Assembly: GCA_043813915.1 (NCBI GenBank)
Contig: JBDRKO010000026.1
Span: 66,236 to 130,235 of the forward strand
Direction of reading: 5' to 3'
Source: Candidatus Omnitrophota bacterium
GTDB taxonomy: Bacteria > Omnitrophota > Gorgyraeia > Tantalellales > Tantalellaceae
Length of the DNA stretch: 64,000 nucleotides
Positions 9,149 through 19,237 of this stretch are shown piece by piece. The notes under the pieces are model-generated. The model was given only the letters and a program-made list of their open reading frames with translations. It made no database searches and was not told the DNA's origin. Each line of letters starts with the position of its first letter. Within the stretch, counting starts at the first letter, position 1. Position numbers and translations under genes: made by a program.

Positions 9149-10378
9149 TCATGCCATGACCGATCCGCCGCAGACAAGCATCTGGCTTCCCACAACGTAA
9201 TCCGTGTAAGATGAAGCCATCAGAAGCACGACGTTCGCCGTGTCGATCGGTTCCGCGTTCCTTTTAAGGGGAACATCCATAGCCATCTTCTTTTTGAACC
9301 ATTCGGGTATATGCGCTCCGAGATCGGTGTCCGTGAAACCGGGGGAGACGACATTGAAGAAGATGTTCTTAGAGGCGTATTCCACGGCAAGCGAACGTGT
9401 AAGGCCCAGAAGAGCGGTTTTAGCGGTCACATATTTCGTGAAGCCGGCCGGCGGGGCGCTGTTGGTATACACTGTGGTGATATTGACGACTTTACCGTAG
9501 CCGTTCTTTTCCATTACGGGAAGGACAGCTTTCGTGCAGTTGAAAGCGCCTTTTACCGCTACATCAATATCTTTTTGAATATCTTCCCATTCGAGTTTTT
9601 CAAATTCAACGGGTATAGCATCACTCATAGCGTTATTTACGAGGATGTCGATCTTACCGAACTCCTTCAACGCTTTTGATATCATTTTGCTGACTTCGTC
9701 TTTATCTGACACATCGGCTTTAAGGGCGACGGCCCTTTTTTTTGAAGATACAATATCTTTCACGACACGATCGGCATCTTTTTTGCCGAGCCTGTAATTG
9801 ACTATCACGTCCGCTCCGTGATGCGCGAAAAGTTTTGCTGTGGCCTCTCCGATCCCGCGGCTTGCGCCGGTTACAAGAACGACCTTACCCTTAAAATCCA
9901 GATTCACGGCTTTTTTTTTAAGTTCCTTCATTGTTACACCTCTTTTTGCGGGTGGATTCACCAGGACACCTACGGTTCCGGTGATAACGGTCTCGTTTTT
10001 CTGGTTGGTTATGGCGATAACTATATCAATTTTACCCGAAATGTCATTTTTTGATCTTACGTTACCGGTTATCATGAGGATATCACCGGCCTTGACGGGT
10101 TTAAGATATTTAGCGGAATGATCAAGGATAAGGGCGTTCTCCCCGGGAAGGTACATACCGACAAGTGTAGATACGTAAGAATAGGCTAAAAGACCGTGCG
10201 CTACACGGCTCCGGAAACGCGTTTTCCTGGCGAATTCTTCGTTTACATGAATAGGGCTGTGGTCACCGGTCAATTCCGCGAAATGTGATATGGTCTTTTC
10301 GGTGATCCCGGCCTTGAAAGAGGCCTTTTGCCCTACGGTGATCTCGCCTATAGTATACTTTTTAGCGGCTTTATTCAT
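9149..10378 (-). CDS. MaoC-like (R)-dehydratase fused to SDR/FabG-like ketoreductase
   Basis: FAELTGDHSPIH and RVAHGLL (MaoC), then TGASRGIG, LVNNA, YVTAK, SPGFTDTD (SDR). Confidence 0.88.
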   Translation of the reverse strand: MNKAAKKYTIGEITVGQKASFKAGITEKTISHFAELTGDHSPIHVNEEFARKTRFRSRVAHGLLAYSYVSTLVGMYLPGENALILDHSAKYLKPVKAGDILMITGNVRSKNDISGKIDIVIAITNQKNETVITGTVGVLVNPPAKRGVTMKELKKKAVNLDFKGKVVLVTGASRGIGEATAKLFAHHGADVIVNYRLGKKDADRVVKDIVSSKKRAVALKADVSDKDEVSKMISKALKEFGKIDILVNNAMSDAIPVEFEKLEWEDIQKDIDVAVKGAFNCTKAVLPVMEKNGYGKVVNITTVYTNSAPPAGFTKYVTAKTALLGLTRSLAVEYASKNIFFNVVSPGFTDTDLGAHIPEWFKKKMAMDVPLKRNAEPIDTANVVLLMASSYTDYVVGSQMLVCGGSVMA

Positions 10379-10515
10379 ATGGACTTATGGTACGCTATCC
10401 CGCATACATTGTCAAGCGCTGCAAGGTTTTACCCGGTATGTTTACATCCGATCCGGAGGGGATATCACGGGATACAGGATCGGACAAGGTTCTACGCTAA
10501 AAGAGCAGTATTTAC

Positions 10516-10543
10516 TTGCCCTATAAGGTATTTATATTATAAT
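10516..10543 (+). promoter_or_regulatory. Putative sigma70 promoter for the dehydratase-wecB-GT operon
   Basis: TTGCCC-N16-TATAAT upstream of AAGGAG RBS and ATG 10580. Confidence 0.4.
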
Positions 10544-10579
10544 ATCAGTCTGACACACACTTTACAAAAGGAGTTGGAT

Positions 10580-11548
10580 ATGGCTGGATTCTATAATAAT
10601 AAAAGGGTGCTTGTTACAGGCGCTGACGGTTTTATGGGGTCGCATCTTACCGAAAAACTGCTTGCCGAAGGGGCAAAAGTGTCGGTTTTTGTCCGGGGAA
10701 GCTCGACGATAGGCACCACCCAGTACGCGCTTAGGAATATTAAGCATATAGAGAAAAATCTGGAGGGGATAATTACCGGCAATATAGCCGCGCAGGACGC
10801 CAAGGACCTGGTGATAAAGAACAGACCCAGCATAATATTTCACCTTGCCGCGGACGCATATGTCCCCAATTCTTTCGATCATCCCATGGAGGTCATGGAG
10901 ACGAACCTGATAGGTACGCTGAATATGCTCCATGCGGTAAAAGAGAGCAAGGGAATAAAAAGGATAGTTTGTACGTCTTCCAGTGAGATATACGGCATGA
11001 CCATCGGCGGGTCCATAAATGAGGACCATTTGCTTTATCCCTCATCTCCCTATGCCGCGAGTAAGGTAGCGGCGGATAAGTATTGCTACTCATACTGGAA
11101 TACGTATCATCTGCCGGTAGCTATCATCAGGCCGTTCAATACTTACGGCCCTCGGCATACCTATGACGTAATACCGAAATTTATAGACATGGCGCTTAAG
11201 AACAAAACTCTTACCGTACATGGTACAGGCCGGCAGTCGAGGGATTTCACGTATGTAGACGACATGATAGACGCTTTCATGTTAATGGGCAGGCATGAGG
11301 ACGCTATAGGCAAAGCGGTCAACTTCGGTACCGGTGAGGCTATAACCGTAAATTACATAGCGAAGAAAGTGAAAGAGCTCTCCGGATCAAAGTCTAAGAT
11401 AGTGCATACGAAAGACCGGAAGGCGCAGGTGCCGAAGCTTTTATGCGATTATTCGCTGGCTAAGAAATTATTCGGATGGAAACCGAAGATATTTATTGAT
11501 GAGGGTCTCAGGAGGAACATAGAATGGGAGAAAGAGAACCGGGTGTAA
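10580..11548 (+). CDS. NDP-sugar 4,6-dehydratase/epimerase (extended SDR)
   Basis: VTGADGFMGSHL, FHLAA, TSSSEIYG, YAASK, RPFNTYGP; RBS AAGGAG supports start 10580 rather than 10328. Confidence 0.9.
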   Translation: MAGFYNNKRVLVTGADGFMGSHLTEKLLAEGAKVSVFVRGSSTIGTTQYALRNIKHIEKNLEGIITGNIAAQDAKDLVIKNRPSIIFHLAADAYVPNSFDHPMEVMETNLIGTLNMLHAVKESKGIKRIVCTSSSEIYGMTIGGSINEDHLLYPSSPYAASKVAADKYCYSYWNTYHLPVAIIRPFNTYGPRHTYDVIPKFIDMALKNKTLTVHGTGRQSRDFTYVDDMIDAFMLMGRHEDAIGKAVNFGTGEAITVNYIAKKVKELSGSKSKIVHTKDRKAQVPKLLCDYSLAKKLFGWKPKIFIDEGLRRNIEWEKENRV

Positions 11549-12006
11549 AGATACACCCCACAGCCATAATCTCTGATAAGGCCAAGATAGGCAAAGGGAC
11601 GGTTATATGGGCTTACGCCCAGGTGATGGACGGCGCGGAAATAGGCGAGGGGTGCGTTCTGGGAAACGGCGTTTATGTGGATAGGAATGTAAAAATAGGT
11701 AGTAACGTTAAAATACATAACAAGGCTTCTGTTTATAACGGTACGGTTATTAAGGATAATGTTTTTGTAGGACCGCATGCATGTTTTACCAATGATAAAC
11801 ATCCGAGATGCGATAAAACGAGAGATATGAATGAAGTATCGTGGTATGTAGGCGAAGGCGCTTCAATAGGGGCAAACGTAACGGTTCTTCCGGATGTAAA
11901 TATCGGACCTGGTGCTGTAGTGGGCGCGGGGTCGGTAGTGACTAAAGATGTACCGGAAGGCGCGGTCTGTTATGGGAATCCGGCGCGGGTGGTTGAGGGG
12001 GGATAG
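11524..12006 (+). CDS. Hexapeptide-repeat N-acetyltransferase (WbpD-like)
   Basis: IHPTAII, FTNDKHPR, IGANVTVLP, GAGSVVTKDVP, GNPAR. Confidence 0.88.
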   Translation: MGEREPGVKIHPTAIISDKAKIGKGTVIWAYAQVMDGAEIGEGCVLGNGVYVDRNVKIGSNVKIHNKASVYNGTVIKDNVFVGPHACFTNDKHPRCDKTRDMNEVSWYVGEGASIGANVTVLPDVNIGPGAVVGAGSVVTKDVPEGAVCYGNPARVVEGG

Positions 12007-12236
12007 AGAGTGTCAAAGTGTCAGAGTATCAGAGTGTCAGGTTGGACCGATGCGGGAAGAAGGGACAGAGGGAAGAAAGACGAAGGAAGAAGGACGAAGG
12101 AAGAAAGACGCGGGCGGACGTGTAATGTTTTATGTGTGATGTGTAAGGACGAGATTGCTTCCCCCCGTCGCTTTGCTCCGCAAAGCGGAGCAGCGGGGGT
12201 CGCAATGACGGGTGGGAGGAAAGGTTGAAAGGGCGA
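12007..12236. repeat. Mosaic intergenic repeat cluster
   Basis: AGAGTGTC octamers, GACGAAG and TGTGTAA-type heptamers, GATTGCTTC...TCGCAATGAC REP (12152-12209). Confidence 0.8.
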
Positions 12237-13499
12237 ATGATTCATAAAACAGAGAATGTATTAAGCGAGGAAATAATCCTGGCAAAAAACTGGATATTGA
12301 ATTCGGGGATACAGAATACAGACGGCAAAAATCAAGGGGGGTTCAATTCGTGGTTTGATGTAGGATCCGGGGGGTATCCGTATGTTTATTCCGAGATAAC
12401 GGGATACGGGATAACAACGCTTTTGTATTTGAAACTATTTTTTGACGGTCAATTTTTAGATCGAGCGAGGTATGCGGCGGATTGGCTCATAAAAAATGCC
12501 GTCAGTGAAAACGGCGGGGTGAGAACAAGGGACTATCAGCAGGATATGTATGAGTCGGAGGCGTATTCTTTTGAAAGCGGTAACATATATACTTTTGACA
12601 GCGGAATGGTCCTATACGGAATGATCAGTCTATACAGGGACTGCAAGGATAATAAATATCTCGAAATATCAAAAAAAATAGCTTCATTTTTGATGAACCA
12701 TATGCGGAAGGAAGATGGGTTTTTCTACGCGTCATACGATCCCGCTACTAAAGAAAAAGCGGATTCTCCGTGGAAATGGTCTACGCAGAGCGGTAGTTAC
12801 CACGCGAAATTAGCTTTGGGATTTACCGATCTATATGAGGTAACCGGGGAAGAGGTCTATAAGGACGCCGCGCTATCTCTTTGCGGCAAAGCAATGGACT
12901 TGCAGGATCCTTCCGGAAGATTTATAACATCCCGCGCTGATAACAGTACTCATATGCATCCTCATGCGTATTCAGCCGAAGGGCTTTTGTACACCGGTAT
13001 ACATTTTGAAGAGGACGATCTTATTGATTCCGCCGAGAGAGCGGTTAAATGGTCTTTAGATAGCCAAAATCCGGACGGAGGGATACCCAAAAAACATAAC
13101 GGGCAGGACTTTATAAATTTGTACAGGGCCGATATACTTGCTCAGATACTCAGGTTAGGGGCTCTTTTAAAAAGTTTGGGAAGATTGGATGAAACATATT
13201 CATCTAAATTGGAGAAATTACGCAATAGCTTGCTTTCTTTTCAGTATAAAGAAAATGATCGGCAAAAAGGCGGATTCTATTATGGGTTCACCTTGGACGG
13301 AAAGAAGAAAGAACATATCAATTCATGGTGCAGTATGTTCGCTTTACAAGCTCTTATCATGTACGAGGAAAGCCTAGGGAGAGACTTAAGGAAAAGTGTC
13401 AGAGTGTCCCCGTACCAGTCTCTTCGTTCCGGTACAGGACAGGCGGCGTGTCAGAGTGTCAAGAAAGATAACACTAACATAATGGAGTATTTTGTATAA
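12237..13499 (+). CDS. Alpha/alpha-toroid (six-hairpin glycosidase/prenyltransferase-like) protein
   Basis: YSEITGYGITTL, AADWL, repeated Q..DG.F-like motifs; context in glycan locus. Confidence 0.6.
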   Translation: MIHKTENVLSEEIILAKNWILNSGIQNTDGKNQGGFNSWFDVGSGGYPYVYSEITGYGITTLLYLKLFFDGQFLDRARYAADWLIKNAVSENGGVRTRDYQQDMYESEAYSFESGNIYTFDSGMVLYGMISLYRDCKDNKYLEISKKIASFLMNHMRKEDGFFYASYDPATKEKADSPWKWSTQSGSYHAKLALGFTDLYEVTGEEVYKDAALSLCGKAMDLQDPSGRFITSRADNSTHMHPHAYSAEGLLYTGIHFEEDDLIDSAERAVKWSLDSQNPDGGIPKKHNGQDFINLYRADILAQILRLGALLKSLGRLDETYSSKLEKLRNSLLSFQYKENDRQKGGFYYGFTLDGKKKEHINSWCSMFALQALIMYEESLGRDLRKSVRVSPYQSLRSGTGQAACQSVKKDNTNIMEYFV

Positions 13500-14621
13500 A
13501 TGAAGAGAAAAATAGCTTTTATTTTTGGAACAAGACCCGAAATAATAAAAATGAGCCCCATAATCCGGCAATGTATCAAAAATAAAATTCCTTTTTTTAT
13601 GGTGCATACCGGACAACATTATTCGCACAGTATGTCTGATCTTTTTCTTGAAGAGCTTAAATTACCGGAACCGGATTATAACCTCAAGATCAGATCGAAA
13701 GCTCCGCATCGGCAGGGGGAACATACCGGGAAAATGATGGTGAAGCTCGATGAAATATTACTTAAGGAAATGCCTTCGGTAGTATTGGTTCAGGGCGATA
13801 CGAATTCGGCTTTAGCGGGAGCATTAACTGCTTCTAAAATATCGACTACCAAAGCATTCACCGGGTTTGAGATAAAGGTGGGACATGTAGAAGCCGGGCT
13901 TAGGAGTTATGATAGGACTATGCCCGAAGAAATAAATAGGGTCATTATTGATCATTTATCCGATTATCTTTTTGTTCCCTCAGTTGATGCTAAAAAGATA
14001 GTTCTTTCGGAAGGGATAAAGAAAGAAAAAATATGGGTAACCGGTAACACTATAGTAGATGCTGCATATCATGCGAGAGACTTAAATGCAAACACGAGGG
14101 ACAAGAGGCGATGGACGAAGGGCGAAGGATATATTTTGTTGACACTTCATCGTCAGGAGAACGTTGATGATAAAATTAGACTTAAGAAGATCCTGCAGGG
14201 GGTAGAACAAGTTTCAAAAAAACACAAATTGACCGTAATATTTCCTATTCATCCCAGAACAATGAATAAAATAGAAATATTTAAGATCGCTATGCCAAGA
14301 TCTGTGGATATAGTTAAACCTAAAGGGTTTTTAGATTTTATCCGGTTGGAATCAAGAGCGGATCTTATTTTGACAGATTCCGGCGGGTTACAGGAAGAAG
14401 CATGCGCTCTTAGGATCCCTTGTGTGACGCTTAGGAATTCCACGGAAAGACCCGAAACTGTGGATGCAGGGGCAAATATGGTAGCGGGAATAGAACCGGA
14501 GAATATAGTACGGTGCGCTGATAGGATGCTTTCCGCGAAAAAGAACTGGGGAAATCCTTTTGGCAGCGGGAAAGCGGCTATTAAGATACTGGATATATTG
14601 AAAAAGGATAATAACATATGA
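13500..14621 (+). CDS. wecB: UDP-N-acetylglucosamine 2-epimerase (non-hydrolysing)
   Basis: FGTRPEIIK, HTGQH, QGDTNS, HVEAGLRS, TDSGGLQEEA, TERPE. Confidence 0.93.
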   Translation: MKRKIAFIFGTRPEIIKMSPIIRQCIKNKIPFFMVHTGQHYSHSMSDLFLEELKLPEPDYNLKIRSKAPHRQGEHTGKMMVKLDEILLKEMPSVVLVQGDTNSALAGALTASKISTTKAFTGFEIKVGHVEAGLRSYDRTMPEEINRVIIDHLSDYLFVPSVDAKKIVLSEGIKKEKIWVTGNTIVDAAYHARDLNANTRDKRRWTKGEGYILLTLHRQENVDDKIRLKKILQGVEQVSKKHKLTVIFPIHPRTMNKIEIFKIAMPRSVDIVKPKGFLDFIRLESRADLILTDSGGLQEEACALRIPCVTLRNSTERPETVDAGANMVAGIEPENIVRCADRMLSAKKNWGNPFGSGKAAIKILDILKKDNNI

Positions 14622-15658
14622 GAGTGGCTTTTTTTGTTTACCCTTCGGCTTTTCAGAATAAAGGCGGAGGAGAGATACTTCTGGAAAAAACCGAAGAATA
14701 TCTGATAAAAAAAGGTATCGAGGTAAAACGTTTCGATATGTGGTCCGATAAGATCGAGAACTATGATATTCTTCATGTTTTCGGATCGGTTAAAGAATGT
14801 TTGGGTCTGATGCTGGTGGCAAGATCAAGAGGAGTAAAGGTAGTGCTTGAATCCATATTCTGGTCGGATATCAGGCGCGCATTCTTTGAATACGGCTCAC
14901 TTTCGGAAAAAGCGGCCAAAGTGATGCGTCATACTATGAAACTTTTATGTCCAGCTTTTCCGTCGTCGCGAAGAAAAATGTTCCTGGCCGCGGATATGAT
15001 ATTCCCGAATTCCGACAACGAAGCCCGGCAGATATCCAGGTTATTCGGTATAAAAAAAGATAAAATGTTCGTTGTCCCTAACGGGGTGGATGCTATCTTC
15101 GCCGCCGGAAATGCGGCCGATTTTACGCATAAATACGGATTAAAGGATTTTGTTCTTTATACGGGAAGAATAGAGCCCCGCAAGAATCAGCTCAATCTTA
15201 TCCGGGCCATGAAAGGTGTCGACCGTGATCTGGTCCTGATCGGTGATCGGGTTTCCGCATACGGGGATTATTATGACAGGTGCAGAAAAGAAGCCGGCGA
15301 AAGAACACATTTTATTCCCAGGATGGATCATGATTCGGACCTCTTTAGGGCCGCATACGCGGCGTGTGAAGTTTTTGTATTGCCGGGCTGGTTCGAGACT
15401 CCGGGCCTTGCGGCTGTGGAAGCCGCTCTTGCCGGAGCCAAACTTGTAGTGACGGACGGAGGGAGTACAAAAGAATATTTCAAGGATAAAGCTTTGTATA
15501 TAGATCCCGGCAGCCCCGCGGATATAAATAAGAAGATACAGAGCGCTCTTCGGGAAAAAAGGAGCGATGCTTTGAAAAACATGATAACAGGATCTTTAAC
15601 CTGGGAAAAAGTAGCTGAACGCATGATAGAAGGATATAGAAAGGTATTGGAACGATGA
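14618..15658 (+). CDS. GT4 glycosyltransferase
   Basis: VVPNGVD, GRIEPRKNQ, ETPGLAAVEA. Confidence 0.9.
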   Translation: MRVAFFVYPSAFQNKGGGEILLEKTEEYLIKKGIEVKRFDMWSDKIENYDILHVFGSVKECLGLMLVARSRGVKVVLESIFWSDIRRAFFEYGSLSEKAAKVMRHTMKLLCPAFPSSRRKMFLAADMIFPNSDNEARQISRLFGIKKDKMFVVPNGVDAIFAAGNAADFTHKYGLKDFVLYTGRIEPRKNQLNLIRAMKGVDRDLVLIGDRVSAYGDYYDRCRKEAGERTHFIPRMDHDSDLFRAAYAACEVFVLPGWFETPGLAAVEAALAGAKLVVTDGGSTKEYFKDKALYIDPGSPADINKKIQSALREKRSDALKNMITGSLTWEKVAERMIEGYRKVLER

Positions 15659-16347
15659 AGTTATCTATACTTTTGCCGGTCTATAATGAGGTAAATACCC
15701 TGCTTGCACTGCTGAACAAAGTCGGCGGCGTGAATATGGAAAAAGAGATAATACTCGTAGATGATCGTTCGACGGACGGGACCAGAGAACTCCTGAAAGA
15801 GAAAATAGACGGTAAGATCGCCGGGATAAAAGTCTTTTATCACGAGAAAAATAAAGGTAAAGGAAGCGCGGTCCGAACGGCGCTGGAACACGCTGATGGG
15901 GATTATTGTATAATCCAGGATGCGGATCTTGAATACGATCCCGAAGATTATATATCGCTCATCGCCCGCGCAATGGACGGCAAAGAAGATGTTGTATACG
16001 GATCGAGGTTCCTCAGGACTTGGAAAACCACTTCATTTACCCATTATATGGTCAACGGATCGTTGACCTTTCTCACTAACCTGCTTTTTGGAAGCGGTCT
16101 GACCGACATGGAGACCTGTTATAAACTTGTGCGGACGGATGTCATGAAAAGTCTGGATCTCAAAGCCGACAGGTTCGAGTTGGAGCCGGAGATCACGGCT
16201 AAACTCCTGAAAAAAGGCCACAAGATACCCGAGATACCCGTATCATACAAGGGCAGGTCCTACCATGAAGGCAAAAAAATAGGGTGGAAGGACGGAATAG
16301 AAGCCGTGATAACTTTATTCCGTCTAAAGTTTTCACGTAACAAATGA
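15655..16347 (+). CDS. GT2 polyprenol-phosphate glycosyltransferase (DPM1/ArnC-like)
   Basis: PVYNE, VDDRSTDGT, NKGKG, QDADLEY, DMETCYK, GKKI. Confidence 0.9.
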   Translation: MKLSILLPVYNEVNTLLALLNKVGGVNMEKEIILVDDRSTDGTRELLKEKIDGKIAGIKVFYHEKNKGKGSAVRTALEHADGDYCIIQDADLEYDPEDYISLIARAMDGKEDVVYGSRFLRTWKTTSFTHYMVNGSLTFLTNLLFGSGLTDMETCYKLVRTDVMKSLDLKADRFELEPEITAKLLKKGHKIPEIPVSYKGRSYHEGKKIGWKDGIEAVITLFRLKFSRNK

Positions 16348-17699
16348 AAAATGACATCATTTTGATAACGGCAATAGCCGCTGTGGTGCTGCTGTCCGGT
16401 TTGGGGTCCGGCAGCCTGAGCTCCTGGGACGAGGCTTTTTATGCGCAAGTATCCAGAGAAATGGAGATGTCGAATAACTGGATAGACCTTACCTGGGGAG
16501 ATGCTCCGTGGAGCGATAAGCCTCCGCTTTACATGTGGGGAACCGTACTTTTTTATAAAATATTCGGTGTGAATGAATTCTCGGCGCGTTTATTTTCCGC
16601 ACTTGCGGGCATATTTACGGCTCTCGTGACATATCTCTTGGCGAGAAAGCTGTTTTCCAGAAGAGAAGGCATACTTTCGGCTATTATGCTCTTAAGTACT
16701 TATCATTTTTTCTGGTTCGCGAGATCGGGAACTTTGGATGTTACCTTCACCCTGTTCGTACTGCTCTCGGTATACTTTTTTATGTCGTCCGATACGGACC
16801 GTCGCAATATCATATACTCCGCTTTGTTCTTCGGCCTGGCTTTTCTTACCAAAGGGATAGGCGCTTTTATCATACCGTTAATAATGATCCCCTATATCGC
16901 GATAACGCGCCGGTGGGATATGATATCCGATCGTTATACTTTAATGGGAGCCGTTCTGTTCGTTGCGACGGTGGGGATATGGTATTCAGCGGCGTTCATG
17001 CATTACGGCGCGTCGTTCTTTGAGGGCAACATCATAAAACATCTTATAACACGCACTACCGGGACAGTGGACGGGCATTACGGGAATTGGCTCGCATATG
17101 TGAACACGGTGTTGTATAAGGGGAAGCCATGGGGAGCCGTGGGCCTTATGGCTCTTCCGTTCTTTATATATGGGAGCATACGGGAACACAAGGCATCCGG
17201 GTGGATCCTCATATCCTGGATATTCATGACTTTGCTGGTCTTCAGCTCTATACGCACAAAACTGCATTGGTACATCATGCCCGTATACCCGGCCGTTATA
17301 ATAGTGGCCGGATGGGGTGTGTCACGGCTGTTGAAGAAACGCGCGTTGTTCACGGTCGCTGCATGTGCCGCGGCCATGATCCTGTATTTTGGATCGAAAA
17401 AAGGTCTTTTTGCCCTTGATTTCAACCCGGAAATAAAGGCTTTTTCCGTTGCGACCGCCGATAATATAGCGGACGGCGAAAAGATGTATCTTTACGGTGT
17501 CGGAGACCCAGGCGTCAGATTCTATTTAGGAGGGCACGGTAAAAATTTAAATTCGGAAAAAGAACTGGAACAAGCGCTGAGCGAAAACAGCGGTATTGTT
17601 ATTGTGGGGGAAACTTCCATGTTCGAAGAAAAAGGCCTGCGCGGAGAGATACTAGCTATGGGTCCGGGCAGGATAAGAGCTGTCCGGATGGAAAGGTGA
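16344..17699 (+). CDS. ArnT/PMT-family (GT-C) glycosyltransferase
   Basis: WDEAFYAQVSREM, DKPPLY, EFSARL, LTKG, WYIMP. Confidence 0.85.
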   Translation: MKNDIILITAIAAVVLLSGLGSGSLSSWDEAFYAQVSREMEMSNNWIDLTWGDAPWSDKPPLYMWGTVLFYKIFGVNEFSARLFSALAGIFTALVTYLLARKLFSRREGILSAIMLLSTYHFFWFARSGTLDVTFTLFVLLSVYFFMSSDTDRRNIIYSALFFGLAFLTKGIGAFIIPLIMIPYIAITRRWDMISDRYTLMGAVLFVATVGIWYSAAFMHYGASFFEGNIIKHLITRTTGTVDGHYGNWLAYVNTVLYKGKPWGAVGLMALPFFIYGSIREHKASGWILISWIFMTLLVFSSIRTKLHWYIMPVYPAVIIVAGWGVSRLLKKRALFTVAACAAAMILYFGSKKGLFALDFNPEIKAFSVATADNIADGEKMYLYGVGDPGVRFYLGGHGKNLNSEKELEQALSENSGIVIVGETSMFEEKGLRGEILAMGPGRIRAVRMER

Positions 17700-18811
17700 A
17701 AATGTATATCTACGAAAAAAAAATCCTGATGGTCATGTTCTTCTTGATAGACGCGGTCGGATATTTATTTGCCCTACCGCTGCGTATCTTCCGGAAAGAA
17801 GCGGTACTTGTTCCTAAAAAGATACTTATCATACGGCTGGATCACATTGGAGATGTTGTCGAGGCGACAGTTGTTTTGAAGCCGTTACGCAAAAAACTCC
17901 CGGATGCCGAGATAGTTTTTATGGCACATTCCCGGTCAAAAGACATCCTGGAAAAGAACCCGCATATAGATAAGGTTATTTCTTTTGACGCGCCATGGTT
18001 TGACCGAAAGTCCCATAAGGCAGTTAGGGATTTAAAAGCGCTGGCACAGATGATAAATACGATACGGACCGGAAGTTTTAATGCGGCTGTAGATCTCAGG
18101 GGTGATGTGCGCCATATTACGGCTATGTTCTTCGCTGGGGTAAAGAGCAGAATAAGTTACGGTATAACCGGAGGAGGATTTCTCCTTACGCATATTATTC
18201 CGTATAGAAAAAAGTCCCATGAGACAGAAAAGAACATAATGCTTTTAGGACCGTTCGGGATAACTGCGGGTTCCTTTGGAACGGAACTCTATTATTCCGA
18301 AAAAGACGCGGAAAAAGCGGAATCCTTAAAGAAAGACGCGGGCATTTCAGACAAGTACGCTGTGATGCATGCTTTTCCGGGCCATTCTTCAAAAAAATGG
18401 AATGCTGATAAATTCCGGGCGGTCACGCGGTATCTGCGAAGTGAGAAGGGCCTGCAGGTCGTTATCGTGGGGACGGCAAGCGAAGAGGCGTATATAAAAG
18501 GCCTGAAGGGGCCGGAAGAGGATGATGGGGTCATTGATATCTCGGGTAAGACCGGTCTTGGAATGCTTGGGCATATCTTAAAAAAGGCCTCTATTTTTGT
18601 CGGGCTAGATTCAGGCCCTTCACATATCGCCGCCGCGGAAGGTGTTCCCGGCGTGGTGCTGTTCAGCGGAGTGAATGACCCCGGTCAATGGGCTCCGCGT
18701 TCGGAAAAGATCAAGATCATTTATCCCGGGGAAGGTAAGGATCTATCAGGTGTATCTACGGAAGAGGTGTGCGGAGCAATAGACGAAGTGCTTGATAAGA
18801 GTCAGAAGTAG
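17696..18811 (+). CDS. GT9 heptosyltransferase family
   Basis: IRLDHIGDV, K.W, GKT.L, DSGPSHIAAA. Confidence 0.9.
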   Translation: MKMYIYEKKILMVMFFLIDAVGYLFALPLRIFRKEAVLVPKKILIIRLDHIGDVVEATVVLKPLRKKLPDAEIVFMAHSRSKDILEKNPHIDKVISFDAPWFDRKSHKAVRDLKALAQMINTIRTGSFNAAVDLRGDVRHITAMFFAGVKSRISYGITGGGFLLTHIIPYRKKSHETEKNIMLLGPFGITAGSFGTELYYSEKDAEKAESLKKDAGISDKYAVMHAFPGHSSKKWNADKFRAVTRYLRSEKGLQVVIVGTASEEAYIKGLKGPEEDDGVIDISGKTGLGMLGHILKKASIFVGLDSGPSHIAAAEGVPGVVLFSGVNDPGQWAPRSEKIKIIYPGEGKDLSGVSTEEVCGAIDEVLDKSQK

Positions 18812-19160
18812 GGGAGACGAAAGACGAGGGAAGAAGGACGAGAGACGAGGGAAGAGGGACGACTGTTAAGTATCAAGGAGAATAGTTTAAAAGTTAAAGT
18901 TCTGTGGACACCTTTCCCGGGGTAGTGTAAACCCGACCCTCAAGATGTCCCCAGAATATATTTTTACTGGTTACAGGTAACAGACAAAGGGCGTAAAGCC
19001 TGCCTGTCCTGCCTGCGGCAGGTAAACCGGCAGGCAGGGAGTCACCGCGCTTCGCGCTAGAGTCATCATTCGCTACGCTCATTAGGGTCAGAGAGTCAGA
19101 GGGGAAGAAAGACGAAGGAAGAGAGACGCGGGAAGAGTCGCGGAGAGGAGCACGGTTAAC
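18812..19160. repeat. Mosaic intergenic repeat cluster
   Basis: GACGAGG heptamers, TTCTG.GGACA...TGTCCCCAGAA hairpin, nested CCTGCCTG..CAGGCAGG palindromes, AGAGTC octamers. Confidence 0.8.
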
Positions 19161-19206
19161 TTGCATTTATATTGAATCTATGATAAACTATACTTTATCA
19201 TAGATT
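19161..19206 (+). promoter_or_regulatory. Promoter with overlapping perfect 13-bp inverted repeat
   Basis: TTGCAT-N17-TAAACT; AATCTATGATAAA-N6-TTTATCATAGATT at 19175-19206. Confidence 0.55.
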
Positions 19207-19237
19207 TGTTAAATTGTTGAAAAATGGAGTGTGTTTT

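Noticed and set aside
10328-10579. N-terminal extensions in the ORF track (also 3004, 19214, 22940, 27107, 31083, 33236, 42618, 51210, 53217, 55381)
   Set aside because: They run through promoters or repeats; downstream ATGs fit RBS position or family N-termini better.
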